DNA from: the human T2T-CHM13v2.0 reference genome, Homo sapiens | Assembly: GCF_009914755.1 (NCBI RefSeq) | Contig: NC_060937.1 | DNA: 64,000 nucleotides | Reading direction: 5' to 3' (one strand) | Part shown: positions 1 to 11,136 of the stretch, one piece after another | Layout: every line of letters starts with the position of its first letter | Position numbering within the stretch: position 1 is the stretch's first letter | Notes under the pieces: generated by a model | What the model was told of the DNA's origin: nothing | Databases searched by the model: none | Seen by the model: only the letters and a program-made list of their open reading frames with translations | Program-made: the position numbers and the translations under genes

Positions 1-168
1 GCAAAAAGACTGCCACCCATGGAGAAACAGGCCCCCCGATCCATCAGATCTGCCAGTGCCTTGATTTTGGACTTCTCAGCCCGCAAAACTGTGAGAAGTA
101 AGTGGCCGTTGTTGATTAGCCACTCAACCTGTGGGAGTTTGTTATAGCAGCCCAAACGAACTAAGACA
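1..168 (+). mobile_element. 3' end of an ERVL-MaLR (MLT1/MST-type) LTR
   Basis: Typical MaLR 3' end: GCCTTGATTTTGGACTTCTCAGCC...ACTGTGAGAA...TTTGTTATAGCAGCCCAAACGAACTAAGACA. Confidence 0.75.
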
Positions 169-834
169 GAGTTGTCGTGGTTTTCCAGTTCATTTAAGGG
201 CATTATCATTTTTATCAAATTTACTGCACAGATATTTCTCAGATTCCTTGCCTTTTAGTTCAAGGGGTTCTTTCCCTTTAATTTTATCACTTAAGAAAGA
301 TAAATTTTTGTACTTTAAACAAACAAGCAAAGCTAAAAGTCCATAGTGCATTGTAGACAAGCTTACTTGCAATTTGAAGAGTTGTCACCAGCCTGCTCTG
401 ATGCCTAGTGCTGATGTTTTTCTTAGGTTTCAGGATTGGGTCCCAATTCAGGACACATGTGACATCATTGCCATACAGTAGCCAGCAGGTGTATAAGCCA
501 CACTCTTGCAACACAAAATTAGAAACTTAATACAACTCTGTTGGGTAAAATAGTAAAATAAATGCATACATTGATCAGGTTTCTAGCATTCTATTAACCT
601 TTTATGAGATCTAAATCACCCAGCATAAACATGGTTTATTTTTCTCTAAAAGTCCTTTTAAAGTTATGGAAAAAGAACCCAGGAAATCACGTATACTTGA
701 AAAAAAAAGTAATTTAAAATATGCTTATTACTAAGACTTTGTAGTTTAAGACATGTACAGAGGAATTGCCAAGTATCAATTCATCCTTAAAAATATTCAC
801 ATTCGATAATTACATTGATTTTTCTGTTTTCCAG

Positions 835-857
835 TTTTCACCGATTTTGTTTTTAAG
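835..857 (+). other. Candidate 23-nt micro-exon of a plus-strand transcript
   Basis: Acceptor ttttctgttttccag (AG 833-834) and donor AAG|gtatgt (858); reads FTDFVFK ending in phase 0. Confidence 0.3.
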
Positions 858-1569
858 GTATGTTTATTTTTTGTATTGTAAAATGTCAGTATGAGTTATA
901 TTTGCTGTTTGCAACTCTAATAATTTGTATGACTCCAACAAATTCATTTGCCACTTTGTTTTTAATTTATATTATATGCCTGTTTAAATTCAAACCCCTA
1001 ATAACTTGCTTTCAATGGCTGAAAATTAGTGAATATTTTCTCCAAATAAGCAAGTGTGTTGTGAACATTTTAATAAATCCAGGTTACTAACATGATTACT
1101 CAATTTAGCATGATATGAAAAGAATTGTTGCCTTTTCACGTTAGTGATTAAATCTCACTTTTAATTTAATCTTGTTTTTAATATTCTTTTTCTCCTCCAA
1201 AATGAGGTATTCATATATGAAAATGGTTTTCACAGTTGAAATATCTTCTTAAATTATAAAAGCTATATGAACTCCTTAGGGAAAAAGAAAATCTTAACAG
1301 TATAATGCAGAGAGTGGAGTGACTCCTCTCACGCTCTCTTTTCTATATAATCCACCTCACCTGCCAGCATATTGGTGTATAATAACGCTGGACTCTCCTA
1401 GGCTCTCCCCTTCTCCACCCCACACTTGAACACACATAAATGTGCATATAGATATTCATAGGTATTTTAAATGGACAACTTTGTATGGAAATGCTTAGAA
1501 TCCAACTTTACAAATATTGGTGGGGGCATTGTATAAAATTTTATTTGTAAATTGTATCTCAGTAATGTT

Positions 1570-2900
1570 GGAAAAATTTTTTAGAAGAAATTCATTCTCA
1601 TGTACTTTAATTTTTTCTAAAAATCCATGTTGTGTTGACCATCATCATGCATACATCTTTGTTCACTTTGTCTCTTAGGGGATAAACATCTAGCACAGAA
1701 ATTGTTAGGCCAAAGGGAATGCATATGATATATTGATAAACTTCCAAATTGCCTTCCAGATAGATACCAATTTAGAGATGTACTAATAGTGTACACTCAA
1801 ATCTTTTCTAACATTGAGTATAATCAACCTTTCTTAATTTTTATGTCTGATGGGCAAATTTTTTTTAACTTTTTGTTTATTTGATCGTTAGAGATTTATA
1901 AATGATGCATATTATTATTTGTATTTCTTTTGATAGTTGCCATTTTTCTATATGTTTATATATGTTTAACTGAAATGTAGAAAATAACTCATTTTAAATA
2001 GTAATACTGTCTGATAATGCAACTATTTTTGTCTCTTATTTCCTTTTCATCTTTGATATATCTTTGTAATAGCTTAAATTGATATGACCAAATCAAAATT
2101 GTGTTTTCTTCTAATCCTGAGTTTCAGCTCATAGCTACAAGAGCCTTATGCATCCCAAGATCATTTTTGTTTTAATTTACTAGTTAAACAGGTTACAGGC
2201 TTTTAAACATATTTGTATTCATTTTCTTTCATCTTTATTGAACACGGCAATAATAAAATCCAAATTTTAAACTTGTATGTCCTAGTAAGGAATGTTCTTC
2301 ATACATTTTTACCAGAAATAGACTTTCCAAATTATCAGAGATTTTGAAAAAAGCTGATATTGCATCCAAGTCAAATTTATATAACATGCCAGATATTGAG
2401 AATCCAGAACAAATAACGTAATGTTTCCATCCTCTGAAGGATAAAGGTAGATAATGGGAGAGAGAAGAAAAGCCTTCTGTAAAATGGTAATTTCTATGTC
2501 TTCTAGTAGTATTTTCCATAAAGTATTCTTCAGCACTCATCAGAGGATAAACATCAAGAGAAATGGGTTCTATTGTCAAATACATTTGGAATTTTATATA
2601 TATATATATATGAGTTTTATAATTGAGTTTTATATAATATATGAGCTTTATGTAATATTTCATATGGTAATATGTTTTATTAAGTACCAAAACCACAAAA
2701 AACAAAGTATGTTTCCCAAATTTATTTATTGATGGAGCATTTTTACAAAGAGGTGGCTATAAAAATAGTGTTTCAAAAAATAATACCTATATTATATTTA
2801 TAATATATAATTAACATATTCCATGTATGTGTATATATGCATGCATATGTGTACATTATATATGTGTGTTTGTATGTTCATGTATGTCTTTATATTAAAC
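1570..2900 (-). mobile_element. Old, highly diverged L1 (L1ME-like) fragments
   Basis: T-rich antisense L1 ORF2/3' signatures (gataaacatctagcacagaaattgttaggccaaaggg...ccaaattgccttcc; tttcccaaatttatttattga); boundaries approximate. Confidence 0.5.
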
Positions 2901-3116
2901 TGATTATCCTGTAATCTGGGAAATCATTACTTTCTACACTACTAGGCTCCAGTAATGGAAAAGTTCAACACATGCTTTAATATTCATCTCAAAGGCATTA
3001 ATTTGAGAGAAACAAAAAATGAGTTCCAAAAGCTTGGATTTCAGAGCTAAGCTATAGAAGTCCGCAGGGTCTTCTGTGTGAGAACAAGCGGAATCATCAC
3101 TCAAAAGTCTATGCCA

Positions 3117-3387
3117 AGCCAGGCACAGTGGCTCACACCTGTAATCTAGACACTTTGGAGGCTGAGTGGGGTGGATCACTTGAGTCCAGGAGTTTGAGGC
3201 CAGCCGGAACAACGTAGTGAGACCTCACCTCTACAAAAAATGAAAAATTAATTAGCTGAGCATGGTGGTGTGGACCTGTAGTTCCAGCTACTCAGGAAGC
3301 TGAGGCAGGAAGATCATTTGAACCCAGGAGGTTGAGGTTGCTGTAAGCTATGATTGCACCAAACTCTATGTTAAAAAAAAAAAAAAA
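3117..3387 (+). mobile_element. AluJ-type SINE with a deletion in the right arm
   Basis: Alu consensus with J-type diagnostics (cacttgagtccaggagtttgagg) and A-tail; TSD aaaagtctatgcca (3103-3116) / aaaagtctacacca (3384-3397). Confidence 0.9.
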
Positions 3388-4029
3388 GTCTACACCAGCT
3401 TCAAGTGATTAATCACCCCTTCTCCCCAGCACCAGGCAGCTGGGTGGAAGCTGAGCAGGTAATCAGTCTTTCACTATGTGAGTGAATACCACGTGTGATC
3501 CCACAGCCAAGGAACTACTTTATCTGCTCCTTTGTCAAGAAATATAACTTGTCTTTTATAGTAGCCTATCTTCCCCTAAAAGTTCAGCGGGTTTGATGAC
3601 CTTTGAGTCTGAATCTTTGCTCAGCCTATCTGAACTACCCCACCTGACCAGCCTTCTCTATTCAACTATGCAGAGCACTCATAAACCGCTCTGTGGACCT
3701 AGAGGGACAGAAGTGCTGGGAAAGGCACAGGAGCCCAGCACTTGCACTGTATATGCGTATTTCTGTGCCCATGAAATGGCGGTCCAGATTACTCAGTACT
3801 TTCAGTTGAGCAAGAATTATGGATTCTTCCTTTCCATGTCTGATCCAAAGTTAGTCTTCTAATCCCCACTGTATTGTATCACATTGTGATATATGGTGAT
3901 AAGATTAGAAGGCAGATAGGGATAAAATTTGTCAATTAAAAGTACCTCAGTCTTTTACTATTTAAGAATGGACATTTTACCATTTACTTAATCACTTCAA
4001 ACTTCAACTCTGTAGTAGCTGTTTCTCTC

Positions 4030-4420
4030 CCACCCTAAGCTTGCATTTTTTTCCTGCAATGCTAGTTTCCCTTTCCTCATTTCTTTAACTTTTCCATGGC
4101 AAGGAACCCTCAACTAAGGCATCCCTTCATCCAGAAAGCCTTCAATCTTCCCCAAGAACCATTCTCTTTTTCCCCACCAGTTTCTTTGGTCACACATATC
4201 CTCTCATCATTCTGTCTTCTTCTATCTCACTGAATGGCCTCTATACATATTTATCAATATGTACTCTCTCTATGCATTTTCTTTGACCCAGTAAAAGAAG
4301 TTCTCAATGATATGGAGAGGGTCCTGTGTTTTCTTCTTTTCTTTTTGGATTCTCTGTGGTTCCCATCATAGTCCTGGTTACCTAACAAGCACTAAGTAAT
4401 TATGTGGTGGACAAATGATT
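4030..4420 (+). mobile_element. L2 3' fragment
   Basis: Pyrimidine-rich L2 3' region ending ...cctaacaagcactaagtaattatgtggtggacaaatga. Confidence 0.5.
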
Positions 4421-4536
4421 TTGTGAATAATGTAAACACTCCGAAATATTCGCACAGCAAACTTGAAGACTTACATAGAAAATGGAACCAATGATTAGGA
4501 CCTGCTCAGTCATTCATATTACTTTTCTGATTTCAG

Positions 4537-4644
4537 ACTTTCTTAACAGTTTCACCTACTTCTAGCCGCAACTCAAAAACCACAATGATAACCACTGTCC
4601 TTATTCCGATTGTTTCTTCCCATGCCTGTGAAGAAAAGGGTAAA
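4537..4644 (+). other. Candidate plus-strand exon (108 nt; alternative donor at 4640)
   Basis: Acceptor acttttctgatttcag; open frame TFLTVSPTSSRNSKTTMITTVLIPIVSSHACEEKGK; donors G|gtaaag (4640) or AAA|gtaacg (4645). Confidence 0.3.
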
Positions 4645-5136
4645 GTAACGAGGTCTCAGAATGACATGAAAGCTTGAAGGTCTGTAATTCTTCAAAGTGG
4701 CAGGGCCACCATCACTTAGTTTCCCTATTTTTAACCTAGAAATTGGCTTCATTTTCCTATTTTCACCCTGAGTAACTCTTTCTCACTGGAAATATTAAGG
4801 GACACTTTCAGGAAAGCTGTTAAGCCATAGGTGAAATTGTCCTGATTCCTAGCAAAATTTATCAAGTCAGTAATTGTTAATTTAATGTAATGTGTGATGC
4901 AAAGGTGCTAGGACTTAGATATGTTGAATGTAGTTAATACAATGTCATACTTTGTATTTTGAAAAAGCTGCTCTTGGTCATCGTATTTCAATCTCCAATT
5001 AGGTTTTAAAATAAACCTAATTGTAGGTTTTTATTTTCTTTTTGCTGTACCCTTTTTAAAAATATAAAGGCTCATAAGGTCAGGGACTCACACAAGTTAA
5101 GAACAAATTGTTGGGCACATATAAAAGTGATTCTTA

Positions 5137-5260
5137 GCCAGCCTCAGTGGCTCATACCTGCTATTTGGGAGGCTGGTACAGGAAGATCACTTGAGGCTAG
5201 GTGTTCAGGTTCAGCCTGGGAATCATTACAAGATCCTGTCTCTAAAACAAAAACAAAACC
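5137..5260 (+). mobile_element. Alu monomer (FLAM-like)
   Basis: Single Alu arm (cagtggctcatacctg...tttgggaggctg...gatcacttgaggctagg...cctgtctct) followed by an A-rich tail. Confidence 0.75.
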
Positions 5261-5389
5261 ATACACACATACAAACAAAAATAAGACAAGCCTGCGGTCA
5301 AGTTCCAACAGTATCTTCTCAAAGAAACCTTTCTTTACATGCCTTCTCACTCTCTCCACCCTTGGGAAAAACAATTCACCATTGAACAC

Positions 5390-5625
5390 AATAGGGACCA
5401 CTTAACTGAATGCCTGGTACATGCTAGGCACTCTACTAAATACTTTACAAATGTCATCTCTCAGGTAATCCTCTTCCCAGCTCTAGGAACTTACATCTTC
5501 ATTTTGCAGATGAGCAATCATATTTAGAGAGGTTAAATGATATGACAGATTCATACAGCTTGTTTGTGACAGAGCAAGAATTTAAAATAATGTTCTCTTC
5601 AAAGCTCAGTCTATTTCTCTAAAAC
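5390..5625 (-). mobile_element. MIR SINE
   Basis: MIR core cattttgcagatgag...gagaggttaaatga; tgctaggcactctactaaatactttaca. Confidence 0.7.
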
Positions 5626-6326
5626 AGACTGCCTTGCCAATCTGTAGCAATCAACTCAATATATTATACTTAGTTTACTTGTTAAATGCTAAGTTTTTAG
5701 TTTTAATTTTTTAGTGTAGTTATTCCATTTAGAAAATGTTTAAAACTATGTGGACTGTGCTTAAGATATATATATTTATTACTTTATAAGACTTGTCAAC
5801 AGCTGTATAAACCAAAATACTACGTAAAAAGAACTTCACAGTTCTGAATACTTATAGCTAAATAGTTTTTTGTTTCCTAGTTTTAATTTTTACATGTACT
5901 TTAATGACTTCTTTGTTCTTTCTCTCTATATATTCATTGTCTCTTATTCAAACATGGTATCCTGTGATGATATAGCATTAGTAGATTAAAAATGTGTTGA
6001 AGTCTTTACTATAGTTTGTTTAATGAAATAATTCATCAAATATTTAATCTTTGGATAGTGATATTCTTGCCTCACTTCTGTGGCTCTCATTCCTATAAAT
6101 TATTTTAATTTCATGGGTATTATCTTTTGTGCTGGTCAACTTAATTTTATGAGTCCTTTTTTAACTTTAAATGTAAATGTAATATTCCTAGAAGTTGAGA
6201 AAAAACCTCTGTGTAAGAATCTTTTACAAACATTTACATTCTTAACTAAACATATATATCAGTTGATAATATAAGTTAGGATATTTAACTTGGCAATTTC
6301 AAATATCTAAGCTTTCTTGCCTTTAG

Positions 6327-6360
6327 GCTTACTTCAGGTGTAAGACATTGCAACTCAAAA
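6327..6360 (+). other. Candidate plus-strand exon (34 nt)
   Basis: Acceptor gctttcttgcctttag; donor AAA|gtatgt at 6361. Confidence 0.35.
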
Positions 6361-6575
6361 GTATGTATTTTTGGAAACGACTCATCATCATCCCAGAAAA
6401 AACTGCGGAGACTTTGTATATTTAAAGGAGAAAATTCTAAACTATTTTTGCCTTGAATATTCTTTGTAGAAAAATGATTTTTAGTGCCTTTGGCAAATTG
6501 TCACAGGCAAACAACCCTACTTCTCAACTTAAAAAAAAAATTTGAAATTTACCAAACTTAAAAGCCTTTTTCTAG

Positions 6576-6774
6576 GACTGCGTCCATCACTGTAATGGGG
6601 CAACACATCAACACATGTACCTGTTCTAGAAGACTACAAAAGCACAAATCACATCCACTTTCCATTATAGAGCCTTATCTCTAATTTCTAGAAAGGATGG
6701 TGAATTTCAGGATCATTATGAAACGACAATATTAGAAGAAGGCGAAGAACCACTACAAATTACATTTGCAATAG
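6576..6774 (+). other. Candidate plus-strand exon (internal or terminal)
   Basis: Acceptor agcctttttctag; possible donor TAG|gtatta at 6775; unique sequence with several retained CpGs. Confidence 0.3.
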
Positions 6775-8169
6775 GTATTAACTGCTCCTGGACACTACTT
6801 CCTTTTTACAAAGCAAATCAAATCTAGTTCTGGAACCTCAAGTTCTAACTCAATGAGAAGCTCAAAGACATACATGCATGGATGCACATTGGATTAACCC
6901 CAACTGGGACTACTGTGTTCTATGAAAAGTGGAGAAAAGTGTGCAGGTTGGAAAAATGCCTCTGGGTCATCATCCATTGTGGTGGATATTTTTTCAGTCA
7001 ATGTAAAATATATATCTCTTTGATAACTGTGATATAAAAAAATCTGAAAAGACAGTATTTTAAGGTAACATTAGAGATTACTAAATAGGCAGTTACCAAG
7101 AATTTGGAGAAAACATGCAAGGATAAAATTATTAAAATATAATACCATACAATTAACAAATAATTCCTTGAAGAATACTAATTAAACTTATCCTGAGAGG
7201 AGCAAATGAGTTAAATCTCATTTGCATACAGATTTCTGTTTGTTAGGATGCAATAAAAGGTAGGATTAGGGGACATTTATCGAACTGTATATATTATGGA
7301 AAAGAAAGCAAAACTTTTGTAAGTGGAAATCACTTTGGTTAATTATTAGAATTTTGGTTTGGTTGTTGTTCATTTACTCTTTTTTTGGAACAGGGATACA
7401 GTTAGACTTACAGCATTGCAATATCTTTGAAAAAAACAGTGTTGAAAAACCAAAGGATTATGGGAAATAAGGAAACAATTGGTTATGAATACAAAATTAA
7501 ACTAAAGTCAATGAACACAGATGAGAATTAAATAGATGGATTGAAAGCTGTGAACAAAAGAGTTTCTAAAAATTGCTTATGAGACCATTATCATTTACTT
7601 AATAATAAGATTATTATTTCTTATCTTATTATTAGAAATAATAAGATTTCTAAAGTGATTAGTAAGCCTGCTCAATTTTTAGGTGTCATTAAATCTTCAG
7701 AAGAATGAAATGACAGAATGAGTAGCAAAATCTAAAGATTATCATGAGAGATTATATGGAGGGAAGAGACGTGTATGAACTTCACAGTAGATAACATAAA
7801 TACCTGTACTAGATATAAGAAAATGACTTCAGTTTTAATTTGATTCTTTATAAGTCACTATTATTCCAGGATAAAAGTGTCATTATGTGCTTTGTTTTAA
7901 ATATATCACAATAAAATAACACAATATGCTGGCATATTTGAGAATCCTAGATGGAGAGAAGTGAACGCAAAACTACAATATTATTCTACACTTGTATAAA
8001 ATACCCTCAGACTTGAGATATGCATTTCTGGAAACTGCACTTCAGGCAAAAAATTACTACATTGAGAAAATCCATAACAATGCAATAAAATTATTAAAGC
8101 AGCAGCCCCCAACTGGTCAATAGATGATGCTCTAAGCATCTCTAAATCACTCCCCACAAGGCCATAACT

Positions 8170-8330
8170 TCTGGACTTTGATTATGGAGCAAACTTCCCT
8201 GTGGCCCTTTTTGAAAATTCAGATAGTATCCCCCACTAGAAACCTAATGTATTAGAGTATCCTGCAGTGTGGACTTAGCTTAGATGTCTGTATTTTATAA
8301 AGTCCCCCACAGAAGATAATCACAGGATAT
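8170..8330. mobile_element. MER5-type hAT DNA transposon fragment
   Basis: tttgaaaattcagat...cccccactagaaacctaatgtattagagtatcctgcagtgtggac...tgtattttataaagtccccc. Confidence 0.5.
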
Positions 8331-8480
8331 AAATGACTAATCTATTGCTTACTAGTAGTTCTTGTTAAAGTTTGAACAAATGGAGTGATAACATCATAAT
8401 CAGCACCTTAGTCCTGCTCTCCCTTCTCTTCATAAGCGTATGAAAATTACTAGAGCAGTGAGGACCAGGGCCCTGCCTAG

Positions 8481-8482
<2 letters not shown>

Positions 8483-8518
<36 letters not shown>
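8483..8518. repeat. (TG)18 microsatellite
   Basis: Perfect TG dinucleotide run. Confidence 0.97.
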
Positions 8519-8519
<1 letters not shown>

Positions 8520-9624
8520 ATGAGCGTTTGTGCGTGTGTTTTCAACTCCTAAATAGTTAGCATTACCACAAACCAGCTTTCAAAATGTATTTCTTAAATG
8601 AATAAATAGATTACTAAATACTTCTATGAGCTAAACACTATATTAGGCCCTTGTGCATTATACTTTGCACTTTTTAAAGCAATTCTAAAAAGCATGTGAT
8701 GTAATTCCTAGGTTAGGGTAAAGATGATCAGAATCCACCTTTCAGTTGTGTGAAGTCACACAGCTCGTCAGTGTGTGCCCCGCCAGCATCAGATCACTGA
8801 TTGTCCCTCCACACAAGGGATCCCAAGGCTTCAAAAAAGCAAAGAGTCCTCTCATCGCAAAAGCTTGAAGTCTCATGAATTATGGAGGTGAAAGCATTTC
8901 TATATAAGTAATGATTTTAAAAAATAAATTAGGATTCTTCAACCTGGAGAAATAAAAATGAAGAAGAAATGTTATAAAATCCATAAACTCAAAAATATTA
9001 TGAGAGGACGGACATGAAAATTTTCAGTAATCCAAGAATGTTTGAAGAGGCTGTCCCCAGAAACTCACAAAAGATACTTTTTAGAACTAATAAAAGATAC
9101 TTCTACTTTATAGAGTTAGTTGTAAAACTTTGGGACTTAAAACCCTGAAAATGCTTCGTTTTGAAGATCTAAATGAATCTGAAGAGGATAGAGAAAATTC
9201 CATAGGTGGAAAACCCCTAACAAATTGAAGGGAAGCTAGGACTTGAAGGCAGGTGTGGGTCTAAAATATAATTTGTATTAATGAAGTATCTCAATATTTT
9301 AAGTAGAGTCCAATTTCTTTGAAGTTCCAGAACTCCCAATTCTCTGCCTCCTATCCACTTAAAAAAAAACAAAACTGAAGTTTATCACAGTTGCTCTTCA
9401 AGTAGAAAAGCTAAACCAATGCTGTAGTTCCATGTGAGTAAAAATGTATATTATACTAATGTTGGAATGAATGCTTAATGATCAGCTCAAGTTATTAATA
9501 CAATTATATTAATAAATTAATGCAGTCTACATCTTACTGAACTTTTTAAAAGACAAGGTTATGAATATATATATTTTTGTAATGAGTTTTATGATAATAG
9601 GATAGGATTTTAACCAAATAATTA

Positions 9625-10368
9625 CCCTTAACCTGGAGAAATTTTTGCCTCAAGGGACATTTGATGCGTTCCAAAGACATTTTTGATTGTGACAACTTAT
9701 CTAGTGGGTAGAGGGCAAGAGACGCTGCTAAATATCCTACAATGCATGAAATGGCACCTATGGCGAAGAATTATCTGGTTCCATAGTAGGCAGGATTCTA
9801 AGGTGCCTCTGAAGATTTACATCCCCCTCCCAGAGTTCATACGCTGCATAATCCCTGAACTGTGAATATAATGAGATTTCATGCCTATGATTGTTGTGGC
9901 ACAGTTGAGTTTAAGGTAGGGAGATAAACAGGTATGAGCCCTTTAAAAGAGGATAGTTTTCTCCTGATTGTCACCAAAGTGGAAATGAGAGAGAATCAGA
10001 GCATGGGAGGGATTCAACACAAGGAAGGTTGTTGTAGAGATTTAAGGAGCCATTGATCAGGGATCTGAGAGGAGCCTCTAGGAGCCAAGAGAAGTCATTG
10101 GCTGACATCCAGCAAGGAAACAGAGACTTCAATTTCACAACAACAAAAAACTGAATTCTGCCCATAACAGGAATAGGCTCAGAGAGCACCTTGAACCACT
10201 AGAGGAGAATGCAGTCCAAGCCAGAGCAAAGATCCTGGCCACATCATCTTGAGCTATGAGCTAAGAAACAGGTGTTGCTTAAAGTCACAAAATTTGATTC
10301 GTTATGCTGCAGTATAAAACACACACAGGCCCAATGTGTCCATAGTGCCAAGTCTGAGAAACACTAGC
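9625..10368 (+). mobile_element. MER20 (hAT-Charlie) split by an MLT1 insertion
   Basis: MER20 body (gggacatttg...gacatttttgattgtgacaac...gctgctaaatatcctacaatgca...aagaattatctgg) resumes at ~10328 (ggcccaatgtgtccatagtgccaagtctgagaaacact). Confidence 0.75.
9784..10327 (+). mobile_element. MLT1 (MLT1E-like) MaLR solo LTR nested in MER20
   Basis: tagtaggcaggattctaagg...gacatccagcaaggaaacagagacttc...ctgaattctgcc...gttatgctgcagtataaaac. Confidence 0.7.
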
Positions 10369-10831
10369 TAAAGCATTCTGGTCTAGCACTTCTCAAATTA
10401 CTATTAAAGGGATGTTACTAGGTAGTTTTCAAAGAAACAATGAAGAAAATCTTCCCCTGAGGATAAACATTTATTTAACTCAGATCAAGTTAAAGATGTT
10501 TTGTTACTGTGGGACATTTTAGAAACTTTAATATCCTGGTTATGTTATGAAGCTACAGGAGAGGAGTTGATTATAAAGCAATTCCAAAGCGCATTTGAAT
10601 AAAGATCTGCTATTCTGGGAAAATGGATTAATGTATTTTGATTCCAAAATCAATTAATATCTTTTGATTTGATTAGGATCAAATTTAGTCAAATGTACAA
10701 ATGAAACAAACAAACAAAAAAAGAAATCAATTTCATGGCTCATCTTCCTAATTTCAAACTAAATCAGATGTACCAAAAAAATATGGATACCCTTTGTAAT
10801 TTAGACTATTACAACAATAACAACAATGTTT

Positions 10832-11136
10832 TTGTTTGTTTGTTCGTTTGTTTGTTGAGACAGGGTCTCTCTCTGTCACCCAGGCTGGAGTAAAATGGTG
10901 CAATCATAGCTTACTGTGACCTTGAACTCCTGAGCTCAAGTGATCCTCCTGCCTTAGCTTCCCAAGTAGCTGAGATGACAGGTGTGCACCACAAAGCCCA
11001 TCTAATATATTATATATATTTTGTAGAGATGAGGTCTCGCTGTGTTGCCCAGGCTGGTCTTGAACTTCTGGACTCAAGTGATCCACCTTAGCCTCCCAAA
11101 CTATCAGGATTATAGTTGTGAATCACCACGCCTGGC
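10832..11136 (-). mobile_element. AluJ
   Basis: Antisense Alu with J diagnostics (gagacagggtct, ctcctgagctcaagtgatcctcc) and a (GTTT)n tail; imperfect TSD aacaacaatgttt/aacaataatgctt. Confidence 0.9.

Larger units (their letters stand above)
7400..9230 (+). mobile_element. CR1/L3-type LINE relic (RT region and 3' end), interrupted by younger elements
   Basis: CR1-like stretches: gcatttctggaaactgcacttcagg...attgagaaaatccataacaatgcaataaaattattaaag and ttaggattcttcaacctggagaaa...aaaagatacttctacttt; boundaries approximate. Confidence 0.55.

Noticed and set aside
1340-1400. TATATAA plus a strong minus-strand donor (CAG|gtgagg at 1360)
   Set aside because: No pyrimidine-rich acceptor or partner exon found; isolated motifs are expected by chance.
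2235-2732. 156-aa and overlapping ORFs
   Set aside because: Low-complexity AT-rich or old L1 sequence; biased composition, no recognisable domain.
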